From positions 43,526 through 107,525 of the forward strand of contig JBHJGN010000007.1 in NCBI GenBank assembly GCA_050331735.1: a DNA stretch of 64,000 bases, in the 5' to 3' direction. Source of the DNA: Cyanophyceae cyanobacterium (GTDB lineage Bacteria > Cyanobacteriota > Cyanobacteriia > Cyanobacteriales > JBHJGN01). The notes under the pieces were generated by a model, which saw only the letters and a program-made list of their open reading frames with translations, searched no databases and was not told the DNA's origin. Shown piece after piece: positions 59,899 through 64,000 of the stretch. Position numbers and translations under genes: made by a program. Numbering within the stretch: position 1 is the first letter of the stretch; every line of letters starts with the position of its first letter.

Positions 59899-60688
59899 GT
59901 TTAAATTTTATTTATTTCTGATTACCAAGTCAATTGTCAAAACTTATGTATTGCCTTTGCTTTTATTTGCTGGAGTATTTAGCTTGCAAATATTGTACTA
60001 CTTTTCTCAAGTAAACAAAAAGCAATCGGTAAGTTTTTTACAAGAAGAAAAAAGAGCAGGGCTATTACTAAGCTTAGACCAAACGAGCTTGGAATTTGGC
60101 TTTAGTAATTTGATTGCAGATTGGCATTTTTTAAAATTTGTTCAGTATTTTGGCGACAAAAAAGCACGAGAGCAAACAGGTTATTCACTGACAACTAGCT
60201 ACTTTAAAAGTATTGTGAATCGCGATCCACACTTTGTCAAGGCACATCTTACGTTGTCTACTGCTAATTCTATTTACGCTGGTAGACCAAAGCAAACAGT
60301 TTTATTCCTAAATCAAGTTCTAAGTTATATTTCTCCAAATCTTCCCTTGGCTTATTATCTTTGGGTTTATAAAGGAATAGATGAAATTTTGTTTTTAGGA
60401 GATTTAAAAGCAGCTCAGCGCTCTTATGAAATGGCAGCGGAATGGGCAAATTACCGAGACGAAAGTGCTAAAAGCATATTGGCAGTCCGTGCTAGGGAAA
60501 CAGCTCGATTTCTAGCAAAAAAACCGGATAGCAGAAAAGCTAGGATCGGTGCCTGGACAACAATTCTGATGAATGCTACAGATGAAAAAACTCAGCAGCG
60601 AGCTACTCAAGAGATTAAAGCTTTAGGAGGTGAAATTATTATTACACCAGAAGGCAGACTTAGTGTTGAAGTTCAACCAGAAAAATAA
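59843..60688 (+). CDS. Conserved pilin-locus membrane-anchored TPR-like protein (start uncertain)
   Basis: TM helix, then 'FGFSNLIADWHFLKFVQYFGD..AR..TGY', 'DPHF', 'YKGIDE.LFLGD..AA'; third gene of a pilA1-pilA2-type cluster. Confidence 0.6.
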   Translation: MFLIIQAAIVQMAAKKLDKFKFYLFLITKSIVKTYVLPLLLFAGVFSLQILYYFSQVNKKQSVSFLQEEKRAGLLLSLDQTSLEFGFSNLIADWHFLKFVQYFGDKKAREQTGYSLTTSYFKSIVNRDPHFVKAHLTLSTANSIYAGRPKQTVLFLNQVLSYISPNLPLAYYLWVYKGIDEILFLGDLKAAQRSYEMAAEWANYRDESAKSILAVRARETARFLAKKPDSRKARIGAWTTILMNATDEKTQQRATQEIKALGGEIIITPEGRLSVEVQPEK

Positions 60689-60785
60689 CCTGTTGCTGAC
60701 AAAAAGGCGCTTTAAAAAGAGCAGCTAAAAGCTATGATACTTTGTTAAATTTAAAAAATTCCAATAAGCGATATATTTTCGAATC

Positions 60786-63281
60786 TTAAGTAATATTCAA
60801 TTTTTCATTTATAGCTTGATAAACCACGCGATCAAGTGTTGGTAACTTTAACGGATAAGGCTGAAAGATATCAAGTAGCTGTACTATCCAATCAACCTGA
60901 ACCTCTTGTGGTGCTAAAATGTGTGCTACTCTCGGCGCATTTGCATTTCTGTAAGTAAGGTCTAGAGCATTGCGGTAATTATCTTTAATATTTCTTTTAG
61001 AAGTAGACAACCAGGCTCTAACATCTCTACGTTGAACAATTGATTGCCTTAATAGCTTTTGTTCTTCTTCACCTACCGTCTTAACTCCACTATTCAAATA
61101 GTCATCCCAGTACTGTTGAGGGTCTATCCAAGCTCGTAATAGAAATAACCCAGCATCCCTTGGCTGTTGCTGTAAACTCTTGTTAATAATTTTTAACGCC
61201 TGCTGAGGCTGGTCGTCCGCTAAAATTAACGCTTGAACAATAGGTCTTAAGCGACTCAATTCTAAGTTTCCTAAATCTTTCCGATGCCACCAGCGCAAAA
61301 TCACTAAATTTTCATACACTTGACTGTAGCCAGCAGGAGATGATAAATCCTTCAACAAAACTTCTATTAAGTTTAACGACTCTTTCAAAACCTGCTTTTT
61401 AACATTTAAGAGAGGAGCCTGAGACCATAAACTCAACGTCAAAAATTCAGGGTCAATCAATCCCTGTATAGCCAAAGCCGCAACAGCTTTTTCAGTTTCT
61501 TGTTGCGCTAGATACTCTCGACCGAGCAAATAATAAGTATAGTACTGAATCTGAGGCAGTAGCTGAATTGCCCTACTCAAATACTTCTGAGCCTTCTTGC
61601 TATCACCTTCATCTCCATAAACTAACCCTAAATTCCGATTAAAAAAAGCATCGTTGGGCGCAGCTTCTACCGCATTCTCAAACTGCCGGATCGTTATCTC
61701 GTTCAACTCCTCCGCTAGCTGCTCTTCCTTAATTCCTTCCTGTACTTTCAACATCTGAAATCCGGCTAAAAGACTATAGGTTGGGTCCCAAGGAACCAAA
61801 TTAGCAGACACTGTTAATTTATTCTGAGCATCAACGAGATTGCCCGCTTGCAGGCTTTTATTAGCCATCCAGCTTAAATACATTGCCCCCGTTACAGGGA
61901 GCCAAAGAATTACGGCTAGCACCAAAGCAGTAATGCTACCCAAGCTGAACCAGCGACGACGATAGCGGTTGATAGGCGCAGATTTAGTCAGTTCAGCACT
62001 ATCGGCTAATCCAAGCAGTATTGCAACCATAACAGCTAACGTACCACTGATGTTGATATTTTCTAGCTGATATTCCGTAAGACTCAATACACTATAGGCT
62101 AGTACACCTCCACCGACACCATAAAGTAACCGTCGCTCTGTCGGCTCAGCTAGTTTTTGATATAACCTACACCACAAGCGGCACAGAAAACCAAGCAGCA
62201 GTACAGTAATTCCTAATCCAACTAATCCTAACTCACCTACAATCTGAAGTGGAGTATTATGAAGCTGCTGAATATGCGCTCCGCCTCTACCCGTTTCTAT
62301 TGGACGATAAAGATTGTACACCCGTGCCATATTGCCAGGACCAACACCAAGCAGAGGACGAGACCTTAAAATATTTAAGCTAGTTCGCCACATCAAAAGA
62401 CGCTCCTGAATCGGCTCGTCAACCTGCACCTGCACAGCTTGAGCATTGGCAGTAGATGATGCAATCTGCACAACCTTTTGAACTCTTGGATGCTGAGCAA
62501 CAAGTAGCAAAATGACAGCTAACGCAAGCATGCAACTCATCAACCTTCTCCATCGCTGCTTACCGCGACTGCGGACAACCCACAATCCTGCTCCCACCAG
62601 CGCTAAAACGAGAACTCCTAGTACCCCTCCCCGCGAACCTGTTGTGTATAGTGAACCAGCAATCAAAGCACTGCCAGCCAATCCACCTATCCGCTGCCAA
62701 CCCTGACGAGAAACAGAAAAGGCAGCAGCCAAAGGTAGCAGCAGCAGCATATATCCTGCCACAATGTTAGGGTTCCCCATTGGATATCCATTACGGCGAA
62801 CATCCCGCTCTAGCATTTCCGCTCCCCAACAAGCAAGGCTAATCGCTCCAGTAGACATACCGACACAAGCTACCCAAATCCACAAACGCTCCAAATCCAA
62901 GCCTCTGCCAATCCAGTTACGAAGCACATAAAGCAACACTCCATAGCAAAGAGCCATAGAAACATTCCAGGCTGCAACTTGCGGAAACTCCGAAAATGCT
63001 CCTGATACGATGAGAGTAACTACAATAAGTCCCACAACCCAATCTAAACCATACCCAAGCCCTCTAAACGGCAGCCCAAACTGACGCAGCATCCAAATTG
63101 CCCACACCCCCAGCAGCAGAAATCCAAGCTGCCAAACCGCAATCCAGGGATAAGCGACCATTAACAAATAGCTATTTGGGAGCCAGGTAAAAAACACCAA
63201 AACAGCTAAGCTAATCCACCCCAACCACTGACCCCGCCAAGAAATCTCCTTAGTTATCTCTTGTTCAAGCTTTGCATCCAT
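60786..63281 (-). CDS. O-antigen ligase-like (Wzy_C) O-oligosaccharyltransferase with TPR region
   Basis: Multi-TM; 'GNPNIVAGY', 'TGSRGG', 'RPLLGVGPGN', 'HNTPLQIVGELG'; C-terminal TPR-like repeats; convergent with the pilin genes. Confidence 0.85.
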   Translation of the reverse strand: MDAKLEQEITKEISWRGQWLGWISLAVLVFFTWLPNSYLLMVAYPWIAVWQLGFLLLGVWAIWMLRQFGLPFRGLGYGLDWVVGLIVVTLIVSGAFSEFPQVAAWNVSMALCYGVLLYVLRNWIGRGLDLERLWIWVACVGMSTGAISLACWGAEMLERDVRRNGYPMGNPNIVAGYMLLLLPLAAAFSVSRQGWQRIGGLAGSALIAGSLYTTGSRGGVLGVLVLALVGAGLWVVRSRGKQRWRRLMSCMLALAVILLLVAQHPRVQKVVQIASSTANAQAVQVQVDEPIQERLLMWRTSLNILRSRPLLGVGPGNMARVYNLYRPIETGRGGAHIQQLHNTPLQIVGELGLVGLGITVLLLGFLCRLWCRLYQKLAEPTERRLLYGVGGGVLAYSVLSLTEYQLENINISGTLAVMVAILLGLADSAELTKSAPINRYRRRWFSLGSITALVLAVILWLPVTGAMYLSWMANKSLQAGNLVDAQNKLTVSANLVPWDPTYSLLAGFQMLKVQEGIKEEQLAEELNEITIRQFENAVEAAPNDAFFNRNLGLVYGDEGDSKKAQKYLSRAIQLLPQIQYYTYYLLGREYLAQQETEKAVAALAIQGLIDPEFLTLSLWSQAPLLNVKKQVLKESLNLIEVLLKDLSSPAGYSQVYENLVILRWWHRKDLGNLELSRLRPIVQALILADDQPQQALKIINKSLQQQPRDAGLFLLRAWIDPQQYWDDYLNSGVKTVGEEEQKLLRQSIVQRRDVRAWLSTSKRNIKDNYRNALDLTYRNANAPRVAHILAPQEVQVDWIVQLLDIFQPYPLKLPTLDRVVYQAINEKLNIT

Positions 63282-63386
63282 GAGTACGACACTTCATCTA
63301 CAGCAGATGCGCTAAACTTACCCAGATCAGTAGAGAAAGCCAACAGAGGAAACTGAGGTGACGAAAAGTACTTCTTAGTTTTAGGA

Positions 63387-63553
63387 ACGATCGCTCGTTA
63401 AAGCGGAGGAGATAGAGAGGGCGAGCGCTGTTCGCAACAGAAACAGTAAGGTGATCGCATCTAGAGTAAGGCAGTAGAGCAAAGGGCGATCTCTGATTGT
63501 CCTGAGAAGGGGCGATCTCTTGTCAAAGTGGAGGAGATAAGGAAGGCGATCGC
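63387..63553. repeat. HIP1-dense tract with a 42-bp degenerate direct repeat
   Basis: 63387-63428 vs 63512-63553 match at 33 of 42 positions (core GGAGGAGATA); one perfect and five single-mismatch HIP1 octamers in about 170 bp. Confidence 0.7.
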
Positions 63554-63600
63554 ATCCCCACCCAAAGAATAACCTCGGATGATATAGGGAGGGCAGTCAA

Positions 63601-63849
63601 CTACAAATTACTGATGAATTCTTCTACTGAAACGTTAGCTTGCTTCAAAATGCTTTTGAGAGTTCCCACCGCCAAAGTTTTTTGATGTAGCGGAACGACA
63701 CAACCAACTTCCCTGCTTCCTGACTTGTCCGAGGCGACTAACGGCTTTTTGAGAACAACGTGACTGCCTCACTGACGGACTTGCACAAATCCTAGCCTTT
63801 CTAGCGCTCGAATCGCTTCATTGGCTCTGACTCTGGGAAGCTTAGGCAC
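63601..63849 (-). pseudogene. hicA: HicA-family toxin with premature stop
   Basis: MPKLPRVRANEAIRALERLGFVQVRQ*GSHVVLKK...VVPLHQKTLAVGTLKSILKQANVSVEEFISNL*; TGA at 63769-63771 directly before the GSH motif. Confidence 0.88.
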
Positions 63850-64000
63850 ATGTTACCTTAAAAGTCGTCATCAAACGGGAAGTTGTGTCAACGGCAGGAA
63901 ATTCTTCTAAGTAAAGCTCTGTCGCTTCCTTTAAATTAAAAATCGCCTCCTCAACCGTTTCTCCTTGACTCGCCGTTCCCACTTCTGGACATTCGGCGAC
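63842..64000 (-). CDS. hicB: HicB-family antitoxin, 5'-partial
   Basis: ...VAECPEVGTASQGETVEEAIFNLKEATELYLEEFPAVDTTSRLMTTFKVTCA*; overlaps the hicA start. Confidence 0.88.
   Translation of the reverse strand, partial: VAECPEVGTASQGETVEEAIFNLKEATELYLEEFPAVDTTSRLMTTFKVTCA

Noticed and set aside
63842..63910. Frameshift in hicB
   Set aside because: Recounting the bases gives GAA GAA TTT CCT, so the frame is continuous to the stop at 63842.

Overview
Cyanobacterial chromosome segment: the HIP1 octamer GCGATCGC is frequent, and chlI, cphAB, a CcmS-like gene and plqA are present. It spans the probable replication origin (dnaA-oriC-dnaN) and is mostly housekeeping genes (tamB, trmD, cphBA, rsmG, ligA, mlaDF, chlI, def, ppx, cobalamin riboswitch-hupE). 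Accessory or unusual parts: (1) an eroded DNA phosphorothioation locus (dndC, dndD) interrupted by a REP-flanked, frameshifted Y1 transposase and preceded by a remnant of a second SMC-like ATPase; (2) an apparently catalytically dead VapC-like PIN gene overlapping a three-domain MtrA-like/thymidylate synthase/DUF4346 gene; (3) an array of three 125-240 bp HIP1-rich direct repeats separating small toxin-antitoxin-like and membrane gene cassettes, next to an AT-rich type IV pilin/O-glycosylation locus that has a second HIP1-rich tract and hicBA on its far side; (4) a dispersed family of tiny hairpins with covarying stems inside G/A-rich heptamer tracts; (5) several small pseudogenes missed by the ORF track. 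All family calls come from motif recognition, not database searches.
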